Below, piece after piece: positions 27,946 through 36,943 of a stretch of 64,000 bases of DNA. The translations under genes and the position numbers were made by a program. Position 1 is the stretch's first letter; every line of letters starts with the position of its first letter. This DNA comes from Planctomycetota bacterium. Its GTDB lineage: Bacteria; Planctomycetota; OFTM77. The notes under the pieces are model-generated. The model ran no database searches. It saw only the letters and a program-made list of their open reading frames with translations, and had not been told where the DNA came from. The DNA lies in the NCBI GenBank assembly GCA_029260795.1, contig JAJDCO010000055.1, forward strand, positions 322 through 64,321, given 5' to 3'.

Positions 27946-28167
27946 CACCGCGGACTCGGCTTTGTCGGGTGAGTGCCGAACGGCCCGATCCCGCTTCGCT
28001 TCCGAACGCCTTCGTGACGAAGGGCGTCAGCGGCTCTGATTCTTCGGCGTCGGCTGTGTGCACCGCGGACTCGGCTTTGTCGGGTGAGTGCCGAACGGCC
28101 CGATCCCGCTTCGCTTCCGAACACCTTCGTGACGAAGGGCGTCAGCTGCCCTGATTCTTCGGCGTCA
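27946..28167. repeat. Tandem direct repeat, two copies of a 115-bp unit
   Basis: caccgcggactcggctttgtcgggtgagtgccgaacggcccgatcccgcttcgcttccgaac(g/a)ccttcgtgacgaagggcgtcagc starts at 27946 and 28061. Confidence 0.9.
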
Positions 28168-29151
28168 GTGGCTCTGCACTTTTCGGCGGGCGAACTCGCC
28201 GGCGCCGAGGAGCGCACAGCGGTCGTCGAGAATCACGTGGACGGGAAAGTCGCGGAGCACCTTCTCCATCGGCCCCTTGGCGACGAAGGACTCGAAGAAC
28301 GTCGCGCTCTTCAGCTTGGGAAGGATCTTGGGAGCAATACCGCCGCCGAGATACACGCCGCCGCTGGCCATGATCTTGAGGGCGTGGTTGCCGGCTTCCG
28401 CTCCATAGAGCGAGACGAAGAGCTCGAGGGCCGTGACGCAGATCGGGAAGCGACCCGAGAGCCCGTGCTCGGAGACCACGGCGGATGGGTCGGCGGCCTT
28501 GTTCAGAAGCCCTGAAAGCTCTGCGGGCTCCGACTCGTCATCGCACGATCGCAGGAAGCGATAGATCGCGAACAGGCCCGGCCCCGAGAGCACGTGCTCC
28601 CAGGACAGCGGGACCGGATGTTTCTCGCTCGCCAGGAATCGGGCGAGCGCCCGTTCACGATCGTCGCGGGGCGAGAAGGTGCAGTGGCCGCCTTCGGAGG
28701 CGAACGGCCAGTGATGCCGACCGTCCCAGTACATGCCCGCCTCCCCCAGACCGGTTCCGGCCGCGATCACTGAGCGGTTGCCGGGGAACGCCGCATCCCC
28801 TTCATTCAGCAGGCACAAATCGTCGGGTCCCAATCGATCGATCCCGTAGGCGGTCGCCTCGAGATCGTTGATCAGCCAGATCGTCTCGATTCCCGTTTCG
28901 GCACGCAGCGCGCCGGCCTCGACTTTCCAGGGCAGATTCGTGGCATAGACGATGTTGCCACGAACCGGACCCGCGACTCCGAAGCAAGCAGAGACCACTT
29001 TCGCCTCGGTCTCTTCCAGGAATCGCTTCACGAGGCCACCCAGAGAATCCCGCTCGGCACTCCGCCAAGAACGCGACGTGACGACGTTTCCGGACGGCTC
29101 GATCAGCGCCAGATTGGTCTTCGTGCCTCCGACATCGCCCGCCAGAATCAT
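28165..29151 (-). CDS. glk: Glucokinase
   Basis: ILAGDVGGTKT, GVAGPV, NDLEA, AAGTGLG, SEGGH, GGVYLGGGIAPKI. Confidence 0.92.
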   Translation of the reverse strand: MILAGDVGGTKTNLALIEPSGNVVTSRSWRSAERDSLGGLVKRFLEETEAKVVSACFGVAGPVRGNIVYATNLPWKVEAGALRAETGIETIWLINDLEATAYGIDRLGPDDLCLLNEGDAAFPGNRSVIAAGTGLGEAGMYWDGRHHWPFASEGGHCTFSPRDDRERALARFLASEKHPVPLSWEHVLSGPGLFAIYRFLRSCDDESEPAELSGLLNKAADPSAVVSEHGLSGRFPICVTALELFVSLYGAEAGNHALKIMASGGVYLGGGIAPKILPKLKSATFFESFVAKGPMEKVLRDFPVHVILDDRCALLGAGEFARRKVQSH

Positions 29152-29598
29152 GGATTCTCCGCCGCTCTCGGCCATCGCCCGCTCCGGAAGATCGGGATCA
29201 TCGCGCCAGGCCTCGAGGTCTCGCGCAGATCTCCGATAGGCGGTCAGTATAGCGTCGGGCCTCCCGGAATGCGTCGCCTCGGCGGATGCGGCGCGCGGTC
29301 CCGGGCACCGTAAGACTCTCGATCTGTTGACGGCTCTGGCCGCACGAGGACCGACTGAACGAACGAGGGGCTCCATAGTTCGGTTCGCAATGCAGGTCGC
29401 AGCAATTCAGGGCAACCGCGAGCCGAAGATCCACCCGCAGCCGACCGGACGGTGACCGGAAGGAAGGGTCCGTGGGCTCCACCTGATTTGGGCCGAGGAC
29501 GAGAGTGAAGGCTCGGGTCCGCTTTCCTGATGCTGGGCAGGAGTCCGGTCGGCGCTTAGAATCCGGCGCTTTGGCCGATCCATCGGACTCGGATCCCC

Positions 29599-30951
29599 AT
29601 GAACGCTGCCAGCTCGGCCTCCTCGCACGATGCCTCGCCGCTCACGCTCGGGGGGATCTTCCGGATTTGGTGGCCCCTGGCGGCGAGCTGGCTGCTGATG
29701 GGGCTCGAGCTGCCATTGGTCAGCGCCATCATCGCCCGGTTGCCCGACGAGAAGCTGCACCTCGCCGCCTACGGTGGCATCGTGTTCCCGATCTGCTTAG
29801 TGATCGAAGGGCCCATCATCATGATGCTGGCTGCTTCGACGGCGTTGTGTCGGGACCTCGCGAGCTACCGTCGCCTTCACCGATTCATGATGGCGAGCGG
29901 GGCCGCCTTGACGGTCGTGCATGTCCTGATCGCGGCGACGCCGCTCTATGACCTCATCGTGCCCGCGCTGTTCGACGTCGACGAGCGCGTGCTCGAGGCC
30001 GCTCGCCACGGCCTGCTCATCATGATGCCCTGGACCTGGATGATCGCCTACCGTCGGTTCCAGCAAGGCGTGCTGATCCGCTTCGGGCAAACGCGAGCAG
30101 TGGGCTTCGGAACGCTCGTTCGGCTGGGGACGAACGCGCTCACGCTCTGGATCGGAACGACCTTGGCGATCGGCTCGGGAACCGTTGTCGCCACGACCGC
30201 GGTCGCAGTCGCGGTGACTGCAGAAGCCATCTACGCAGGCTGGAGAGTCCGGCCCGTCCTGCATGGCCCCTTGAAGCTGGCGCCGCCCGTCGCGACGCCG
30301 CTCACGGTGCCCCGGCTGCTGTCGTTCTACATTCCCCTCGCACTGACGCCGTTCTTTCATCTCCTGACGCAGCCGATCGGCAGCATGGCCATGAGTCGAA
30401 TGCCGCGCGACATCGACTCGCTCGCACTCTGGCCGGCGGTCAATGGCCTGGTCTTTCTGCTCCGTTCGCTCGGCTACGCCTGCAACGAGGTCGTGGTCGC
30501 TCAGCTCGATCGCCCTCACTCGTGGCGTCCGCTCCGCCGCTTCATCACGATCCTCGCCCTCGTCTCGTCCGGGTTGCTCCTGGCCGTGGCGGCCACCCCA
30601 CTGGGGCGTCTCTGGTTCGACGACGTGTCGGATCTGGAGCCGTCGCTCGTGGCGTTCGCGCAGCAGGCGATCTGGATCCCGATCCTGATGCCCGCCCTGA
30701 GCGTGATTCAGAACTGGCTCCAGGGCATCCTGGTCAACGCCCATCGCACGCGCGCCATCCCCGAAGGCATCATCCTCTCCCTCATCACCGTCGCGGTTCT
30801 CCTCGGCATCGGCGTGAACATGGGCACGATTCCCGGCCTGAAGGTGACTCTCGGAGCGCTCTTCGCCGGAGGCCTGGTCCAAACGGCGTGGCTCTGGAAA
30901 AGGAGCCGGGAGATACGCCAAGATCGCGCCGCCCGCGACGGCGACCTCTGA
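29599..30951 (+). CDS. MATE/ANKH-like 12-TM transporter
   Basis: Two internally repeated halves (WWPLAASWLL...ARLP / YIPLALTPFF...SRMP); LAAYGG, YRRFQQGVLIR, RTRAI. Confidence 0.65.
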   Translation: MNAASSASSHDASPLTLGGIFRIWWPLAASWLLMGLELPLVSAIIARLPDEKLHLAAYGGIVFPICLVIEGPIIMMLAASTALCRDLASYRRLHRFMMASGAALTVVHVLIAATPLYDLIVPALFDVDERVLEAARHGLLIMMPWTWMIAYRRFQQGVLIRFGQTRAVGFGTLVRLGTNALTLWIGTTLAIGSGTVVATTAVAVAVTAEAIYAGWRVRPVLHGPLKLAPPVATPLTVPRLLSFYIPLALTPFFHLLTQPIGSMAMSRMPRDIDSLALWPAVNGLVFLLRSLGYACNEVVVAQLDRPHSWRPLRRFITILALVSSGLLLAVAATPLGRLWFDDVSDLEPSLVAFAQQAIWIPILMPALSVIQNWLQGILVNAHRTRAIPEGIILSLITVAVLLGIGVNMGTIPGLKVTLGALFAGGLVQTAWLWKRSREIRQDRAARDGDL

Positions 30952-30959
30952 CGGCGACA

Positions 30960-31239
30960 GAGACGCGAACGGAAGAGACACGAACGGAAGAGACGCGTCC
31001 GACGGGATGCCTCTGGGCGCTGCGAATCCCTGCGTCGCAATCTCGAACGCGTTGCAAGAGAGAGCGGGCGCAGGGCGCGATCGACCGCCGTGGACTACCG
31101 CTCTCTCAGTCGACGACGAACCATGCGAACCGGCCCGAACTCACGAAACGCGACCGAACGCAATTCGCCTCGAGCTCCGTTCGGGTCTCGGTCCCATCGG
31201 GAAGAAACGCGTCCGACGCGATGCCTCTTGGCGCTACGA
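30960..31239. repeat. 15-bp tandem repeat plus dispersed 40-bp direct repeat
   Basis: gagac(g/a)cgaacggaa x2; ggaaga(g/a)acgcgtccgacg(g/c)gatgcctct(g/t)ggcgct(g/a)cga near 30986 and 31200. Confidence 0.7.
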
Positions 31240-31374
31240 TGTCGTCGGAGCGATCCTCGCGGCTCCACGGCAATCCTCCCGTTTTGCGGCGATTCGGTCC
31301 AGCCGGCCCCCGACCGAAGCCGAAGCTCTCTGAAGACGATGCCAGTCCGTATGTCCCGGTCCGATGAGGGTGCG

Positions 31375-32463
31375 ATGCGACGAGCGAGAAGGCTTCTGAC
31401 GGCGGCGCTGCTCACGCTGCCGTTCGCCTTCGGCTGCACCCCGCTCGTGCGACGGCATCCGGGACCGCCACCTCCCCTGGACCCACCCGCGGAAGGCTCG
31501 CCGCTGAGGGACTACCGGGGAGCCTGGCACGTCCACACCGAGCTATCCCACGATAGCGGAGGAACGCTCGAAGAGCTCTGCCAGGCGGCGAATGCAGTCG
31601 GCATCCACTTCGTCGTCGTGTCGGATCACAACGCGCGTCGCACCTCCGAGTCGGATCCGGAAACCGGCGTCACGCTCCTCCATGGCGTCGAGTACAGCAC
31701 CGACCGAGGGCACGTCGTCGCGCTGGGTGATCGGGAGCTGCATCCCGCACACCGCGACTCCGAGAAGCTGGTCGCGGCCATCGGGTCCCAGGGGGGACTG
31801 TCCATCGTCGCTCACCCCTTCTGGCGCTCGGACTCTTGGCGGTGGTCCGACCGGGAGGAGCTCATCACGCATCTCGAGGTCGCGAATCTAGCGGTCGACA
31901 TCGCCGAGGACATCGGTGCCGCGCTCTTTCGACTCCCCTTCTACCTGATAGATTCGACGCGCGCCCTCAGCGGCTTGCTGGATCGCCCGACCGCCGAGCT
32001 CCAACTCTGGGACCGCTTGCTCGCCGAACGCCCGGTCTTCGCTCTGGGAGCTTGCGACGCCCACTCACGCTGGTACATCGGATACGAGACGGCGCTGCCC
32101 CTCCTGACGACACACGTCCTCGCCGAGTCGAAAGCGGCGGCGGATCTGATCTCAGCGATTCGTAACGGAAGGTGCTACGTCGCTTGGGACGTCTTCGGCA
32201 CCACAGACGGCTTCCGCTACTGCGTGGAGAATGGCTCCGGACGTACTGAGATGGGTGGCGAGACGACCTGGGACGAGGCGACGCGTCTTCGCGTCCACGT
32301 TCCGGCGGACGCCCGAATCGAGGTGCGTCGCAACGGTGTCCCCTTTGCCCTAGCCACCGCTCGACGGTGGAGCCTCCCTCTTCCCGGCCCCGGCACCTAT
32401 CGCCTCGAGGTCTATCGAAACGAGACGCTGTGGATCCTCTCCAACCCCATCTTCGTCCGCTGA
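31375..32463 (+). CDS. PHP-domain metallohydrolase lipoprotein (CehA/McbA-like)
   Basis: FAFGC lipobox; HVHTELSHD, SDHN, GVEYS, AHP, CDAH; C-terminal Ig-like WILSNPI. Confidence 0.82.
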   Translation: MRRARRLLTAALLTLPFAFGCTPLVRRHPGPPPPLDPPAEGSPLRDYRGAWHVHTELSHDSGGTLEELCQAANAVGIHFVVVSDHNARRTSESDPETGVTLLHGVEYSTDRGHVVALGDRELHPAHRDSEKLVAAIGSQGGLSIVAHPFWRSDSWRWSDREELITHLEVANLAVDIAEDIGAALFRLPFYLIDSTRALSGLLDRPTAELQLWDRLLAERPVFALGACDAHSRWYIGYETALPLLTTHVLAESKAAADLISAIRNGRCYVAWDVFGTTDGFRYCVENGSGRTEMGGETTWDEATRLRVHVPADARIEVRRNGVPFALATARRWSLPLPGPGTYRLEVYRNETLWILSNPIFVR

Positions 32464-33872
32464 GACGGCACCGCGCTGCAAGTGTTCTGTTGGCATTCCT
32501 CGCCATCGCGTGGCTGGCCGGCTGTCGAGTCCACGAGCGTCCGCTCGAAGGCACGGTCCCATACGAGCGCACGCTGGAGCGTGCAGCGCGCCAGGCGGAG
32601 GCGAGCAGGCCGAGCCGCGGCTCGTTCCAGTTCGGAGTCGCGAACGTGTCGTTGGACCCGCCGCTCGGAGCTCCCCTCGCCGGCTACGGCAACCGGGCGA
32701 GCGCGCCCGCGATCGGATTCTTGGAGCCGATTCGCGCCCGCGCCATCGCTTTCAGCGACGGCACCGACACCGCCGTGCTCGTGAGCGCCGACCTGCTCAT
32801 CATCAACGAGCCGCTAGAGCGCGAGGTGATGCGGCGACTGCGTCAGCGTCGACCCGGCGTCCGCTCCGAGCAGATCTTCCTGTGTGCGACGCACACCCAC
32901 TCGGGTCCCGGCGGCTATGGTCGACTCGCCCTCGAGCAGCTCGTAATGGGGAAGCACCGCGAGGGCATGCTCGGGCACTTGGCCGAAGGCATCGCGGCGG
33001 CCGCCGATGCCGCATGGAGTGATCTGTCACCGGGTGAGCTGGCGCTCGCGAGCACCTGGGTGCCCGAGGCGATCTCCAATCGAGTGGGTGAGTCGGGCCG
33101 CGTGAACGCCGTGCTCGACGTGATCGCCTGCCGCCGCATGGACGGACCGCCTGCGTGGGTCCTCACCTACTCGGCCCATCCCACGGTCTTACCATCGGAG
33201 AACCTCTACTTCTCGGGCGACTATCCGGCCTCGGCTTGCCGAGAGCTCGAGGTCGACGGTGGGGTCGCGCTGTTTGCACCGGGCACTGTCGGCGGGCAGC
33301 GGCCTTCTCGAGCCGGCCGCGAGCGCTTGGACGCCTGTGGTTGGATCGGGCACCTCCTCGCCCGACGGGCTCGCGAGGCGATCGCCTTCGCGCGCTGGCG
33401 TGAGGAAGTCGATCTTTGCGCCATCGAGGTGTCGGTCGACCTCCCTCCGAGCCAAGTCCGGGTGCTGCCTTTCGGTGTCCTGGTGAAGCTCCCGAGCTGG
33501 CTCGGGCAGCCGGTGGTGCCCAAGAAGCGCTCGCAAGTGCAGCTCTTGGCCCTCGACCGGCGAGTTCTCTACGGCACGCCTTGCGACCTCGGGTGGGATG
33601 TCGGCGAGGCGCTCGGAGCCGAGGCCTCCCGGCGAGGCTTCGAGCTCACGGCGATCAGCCACACCGAAGGGTATGTCGGCTATTGCTGCCGAGAGGCGCG
33701 TTTCTGGCGCGGTGGCTACGAGGCCCAGATGTCCTTCTTCGGGCCCCACATGGATCAGTACTTCCGGGATCTCCTTTCGACGGTGCTGGATCACCTCTCC
33801 GTCGCGCCGCCCGTACCGGCCCCCCGCCTGACCGACTCGGTCACTCTCGAGATGCCCCCGGAGTCCCGCTAG
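32430..33872 (+). CDS. Neutral/alkaline ceramidase family lipoprotein
   Basis: LAGC lipobox; PLAGYG, ATHTHSGPG, YSAHPT, SGDYP, GYVGY...GGYEA; start uncertain. Confidence 0.8.
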   Translation: MDPLQPHLRPLRRHRAASVLLAFLAIAWLAGCRVHERPLEGTVPYERTLERAARQAEASRPSRGSFQFGVANVSLDPPLGAPLAGYGNRASAPAIGFLEPIRARAIAFSDGTDTAVLVSADLLIINEPLEREVMRRLRQRRPGVRSEQIFLCATHTHSGPGGYGRLALEQLVMGKHREGMLGHLAEGIAAAADAAWSDLSPGELALASTWVPEAISNRVGESGRVNAVLDVIACRRMDGPPAWVLTYSAHPTVLPSENLYFSGDYPASACRELEVDGGVALFAPGTVGGQRPSRAGRERLDACGWIGHLLARRAREAIAFARWREEVDLCAIEVSVDLPPSQVRVLPFGVLVKLPSWLGQPVVPKKRSQVQLLALDRRVLYGTPCDLGWDVGEALGAEASRRGFELTAISHTEGYVGYCCREARFWRGGYEAQMSFFGPHMDQYFRDLLSTVLDHLSVAPPVPAPRLTDSVTLEMPPESR

Positions 33873-34066
33873 ACGAGCGCTCGAGGCGGAGCTCGCGGGG
33901 AAGAAGACAAAGACGCTCAAGGTTTCGCCGCTCGCGAGCAGAAAACAGAAGAGGGGATCGGCGCCGGGTCTGAAGGCGAGGTGCCTCCTTCCGCCGACCG
34001 ATCCGGAGACACGGTCTGGCTCGTCGAGCGGCAGTCCGTCGCAAAGGCCATGAAGGAACACTAGCG

Positions 34067-35155
34067 ATGACAACGGGCGATCCATCCAACCGGCCCATCG
34101 ACAACGACTCATCGATCAGAATCCAGCTCGAACCGCTCCGAACTGGCGAAGTCGCGCTGATCGAGCAGACGCTCGCCCAAATCGCTCCGCGAGGCGAAGC
34201 CCTGGTCGAACGGTTCTTCGAGCGCCTGTTCTCTCGCCATCCCCGGTCGCGTCAGCTCTTCGGGGCCGCGCCCCCCGAGCGCCAGCGGCGACAGCTGTGG
34301 AACGCGCTGAAGGCGGCGATCAACGAGCTCCGCCGGCAAGCCGCCACCCACGACGCACGGCGTCCCGAATCCGAGGTGCGTCCGGTAGCCGACACCTTCT
34401 CGAAGCTGCTCGCCGACACGGCGGGCCCGCTTTGGACTCCACCGGTTCGTTCGGCCTGGCAGAGGGTCTCGATGCGCCTTTGGCAGCAGATCCTCGGTGC
34501 CTTCGCTCCTGAGATGGAGTCTCTCGAGGTCCAGACGACGCACGGTCTGTGGAACGAGGTCCAGGCGAGCATCGATGCCGTCTCCGAGACACTGACCGTG
34601 TCTCAGGGACATGTCGCGCCGCGGGAGGCGGAGACCCCACTCCCCGTGATCGCGGACATTGGAACTGTTCAGCCGTTGCACACCGTGATCACGGAGATCG
34701 AATCGATCAGCCGACGGGTCTTCGACCTGGTCGACGAGATCGACGAGCTCTCGGCACCGGCCGGTCGCGTCGGTCCCTACAAGGCGCTGGACCTCTCGAG
34801 CGCTCCGGTCGCGAGCCGGCAGGCGACGACCGATCTGCACGCGCTCATCGAGCAAGGCATCACGGGCGTGGATACCGAGTCGAACCGTCTCGGCGAGCTC
34901 GATCACCCCACTCTCGAGGGCATCCTCGGGTGTATCGAGAGCGTCACGACCTGGGTCGGCCAAATCGCGGACGCCAGCCGTCGACAGTCGGATGCCGTCG
35001 AGGCGCTCCGTCAGAGCGCCGGAGGCTCGGTTCCTGGAGGGCGTGTGAATCGTGAGCGCCTGACCCGGGCGACGGCGTCTCTGGACGAGATGATTCGACG
35101 ATTCAACGCCTTGCGGGCACCGCTTCGAGCGGCTCGCCAACCGATCTGCCCATGA
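34067..35155 (+). CDS. Globin-domain protein with degenerate MCP-like coiled tail
   Basis: IEQTLAQIAPRGEALVERFFERLFSRHPRSRQLF globin A-C helices; tail IESISRRVFDLVDEIDELS...IESVTTWVGQIADASRRQS. Confidence 0.6.
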   Translation: MTTGDPSNRPIDNDSSIRIQLEPLRTGEVALIEQTLAQIAPRGEALVERFFERLFSRHPRSRQLFGAAPPERQRRQLWNALKAAINELRRQAATHDARRPESEVRPVADTFSKLLADTAGPLWTPPVRSAWQRVSMRLWQQILGAFAPEMESLEVQTTHGLWNEVQASIDAVSETLTVSQGHVAPREAETPLPVIADIGTVQPLHTVITEIESISRRVFDLVDEIDELSAPAGRVGPYKALDLSSAPVASRQATTDLHALIEQGITGVDTESNRLGELDHPTLEGILGCIESVTTWVGQIADASRRQSDAVEALRQSAGGSVPGGRVNRERLTRATASLDEMIRRFNALRAPLRAARQPICP

Positions 35156-36933
35156 CTCGATCGCGCCCCCCGCATCCATCGACGACCGGCAGCAGTCGGC
35201 CGGAGCGTCTCGTCGAAACCAAGCGAACCCTCCTGATCGCGGATGACGACGCGATCGGTCGGACGCTGTTGGAGCGAATGCTCACCGAGCCGGGGGTACG
35301 CGTCGTCACGGCCTGCAACGGACTCGAGGCGGTCGAGAAGTTCTCGGAGACTCGACCCGACATCGTCCTGATGGACGTGATGATGCCGGAGATGGACGGG
35401 TACGACGCCACGCGCATCATCAAGGAGATCGCTGGCGATCGATTCGTTCCGGTCATCTTCCTGACCGCGCTCACGAATGAGCAAGGCTTGGCGCGCTGTG
35501 TTGAATGCGGCGGGGACGACTTCCTCTCGAAGCCCTACAACCGCATTGTCATTCGATCCAAGATCGCGGCCCTGGACCGGCTGCGCACGCTCTACGACAC
35601 GGTCCGATTGCAGCGGGACGAGCTCGCCATCCACGAAGCCGAGCAGCAGCGCGACCATCTGATCGCCCGCACGGTCTTCGAGCGCGTGCTGAAGCGAGAG
35701 CCCGTCTCTCCTCCCGGTCTCCAGACGAGTGTTCGGCCCTCGAACTTCTTCAATGGCGACCTCCTCCTCGAGGCCAAGAAGCCGCTCGGTGGCTTCCACC
35801 TCATGCTCGGCGACTGTACCGGCCACGGTCTTTCGGCCGCGCTGCCCGCCGTCCCCGTCGCCGACATCTTCTACACGATGACCGAGAAGGGCTGCTCGAT
35901 TCGCGACATCGTGCTCGAGCTCAACCGCAAGCTCGGCGCCGTGCTGCCGACCGGGATCTTCTGTGCCGCCCTGCTGCTCGATGTCGACGTCGAGCGCAAC
36001 ACCTTCGGCTACTGGAACGGTGGCGTCCCCACCGGGTACCTGCTCCGGCCGGGTGGCGGCATCATCGAGGAGCTGGCCCCCGACCACCTCCCGCTCGGTG
36101 TCGTGGGCAACGATCGGATCGACCCGGCGATCCGAATCCGGTCGCTGTCCCCGGGCGATCGCCTCGTCCTGTTCTCGGATGGCTTGATCGAGGCGACCGA
36201 TCAGGACGGCAACCTGTTCGGTGCCCAACGCCTGCGGGCGCTGCTCGAAAAGGACGGCGAGCCCGAGGGGCTCTTCGACCGCCTCCTGATGGAGCAGAGT
36301 CGCTTCATCGAGAGCACCGAGCAAGCCGACGACATGACGCTCGTCGTCTATCGCCACGAGACGGCACTGCTGGAAGCCGAGCCCGTCTCCGAGTCGGTTT
36401 CTCGCCGAACGCCCTCGCGCTGGAGCTTGTCGCTCCGCCTCGAGCCGGAGTCCCTGCGCAGCAACGACCCGGTCCCGTTCTTGGTCGATCAGATCGTCAA
36501 GCTCCAGGACCTGGCCGGCCACGAGCAGAACCTGATCTTGATCTTGACCGAGCTCTTCTCGAATGCGCTCGAGCACGGCCTGCTCGGGCTCGACAGCACG
36601 CTCAAGGACGGGCTCGACGGCTTCACGGACTACTACGAAGCACGCGAGGCGAAGCTCGCCGAGCTGCTCGACGGCTTCATCGAGCTCGAGGTGCGACACG
36701 CCCCCGGACCCGATCGGGGCGGGCGCCTGGAGATTCGCGTGGTGGACAGTGGACCGGGCTTTGACTGGTCGGCCCACCAAGTGCCGCTCGAGGAGAACAG
36801 CCTGGTGCGAGGACGAGGCATCCGACTCGTCGAGGCGCTCTCGAGTGAGGTCCGCTTTCAGGGTCGCGGCAACGACGTCCGCGTGACCTACGACTGGGGA
36901 CGTGACCGGGAGCTCGAGGCCTCCGAAGGCTGA
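35152..36933 (+). CDS. Response regulator with PP2C (SpoIIE) phosphatase and anti-sigma kinase (HATPase) domains, HsbR-like
   Basis: LIADDD, LMDVMMPEMDG, FLSKP; NGDL, LGDCTGHG, FSDGLIE, DDMT; ELFSNALEHG, DSGPGF, GRGI. Confidence 0.88.
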   Translation: MTRSRPPHPSTTGSSRPERLVETKRTLLIADDDAIGRTLLERMLTEPGVRVVTACNGLEAVEKFSETRPDIVLMDVMMPEMDGYDATRIIKEIAGDRFVPVIFLTALTNEQGLARCVECGGDDFLSKPYNRIVIRSKIAALDRLRTLYDTVRLQRDELAIHEAEQQRDHLIARTVFERVLKREPVSPPGLQTSVRPSNFFNGDLLLEAKKPLGGFHLMLGDCTGHGLSAALPAVPVADIFYTMTEKGCSIRDIVLELNRKLGAVLPTGIFCAALLLDVDVERNTFGYWNGGVPTGYLLRPGGGIIEELAPDHLPLGVVGNDRIDPAIRIRSLSPGDRLVLFSDGLIEATDQDGNLFGAQRLRALLEKDGEPEGLFDRLLMEQSRFIESTEQADDMTLVVYRHETALLEAEPVSESVSRRTPSRWSLSLRLEPESLRSNDPVPFLVDQIVKLQDLAGHEQNLILILTELFSNALEHGLLGLDSTLKDGLDGFTDYYEAREAKLAELLDGFIELEVRHAPGPDRGGRLEIRVVDSGPGFDWSAHQVPLEENSLVRGRGIRLVEALSSEVRFQGRGNDVRVTYDWGRDRELEASEG

Positions 36934-36943
36934 GGCGGCCGGG

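Noticed and set aside
29456-29466. CCGGAAGGAAG resembling SRP RNA domain IV
   Set aside because: Lacks the flanking CAGG and CAGC of the conserved SRP loop
33873-34066. Possible c-di-GMP riboswitch or sigma28 promoter upstream of the globin gene
   Set aside because: Only partial matches (cgcaaagg; tcaag...gcagaaaa with wrong spacing); required helices not found
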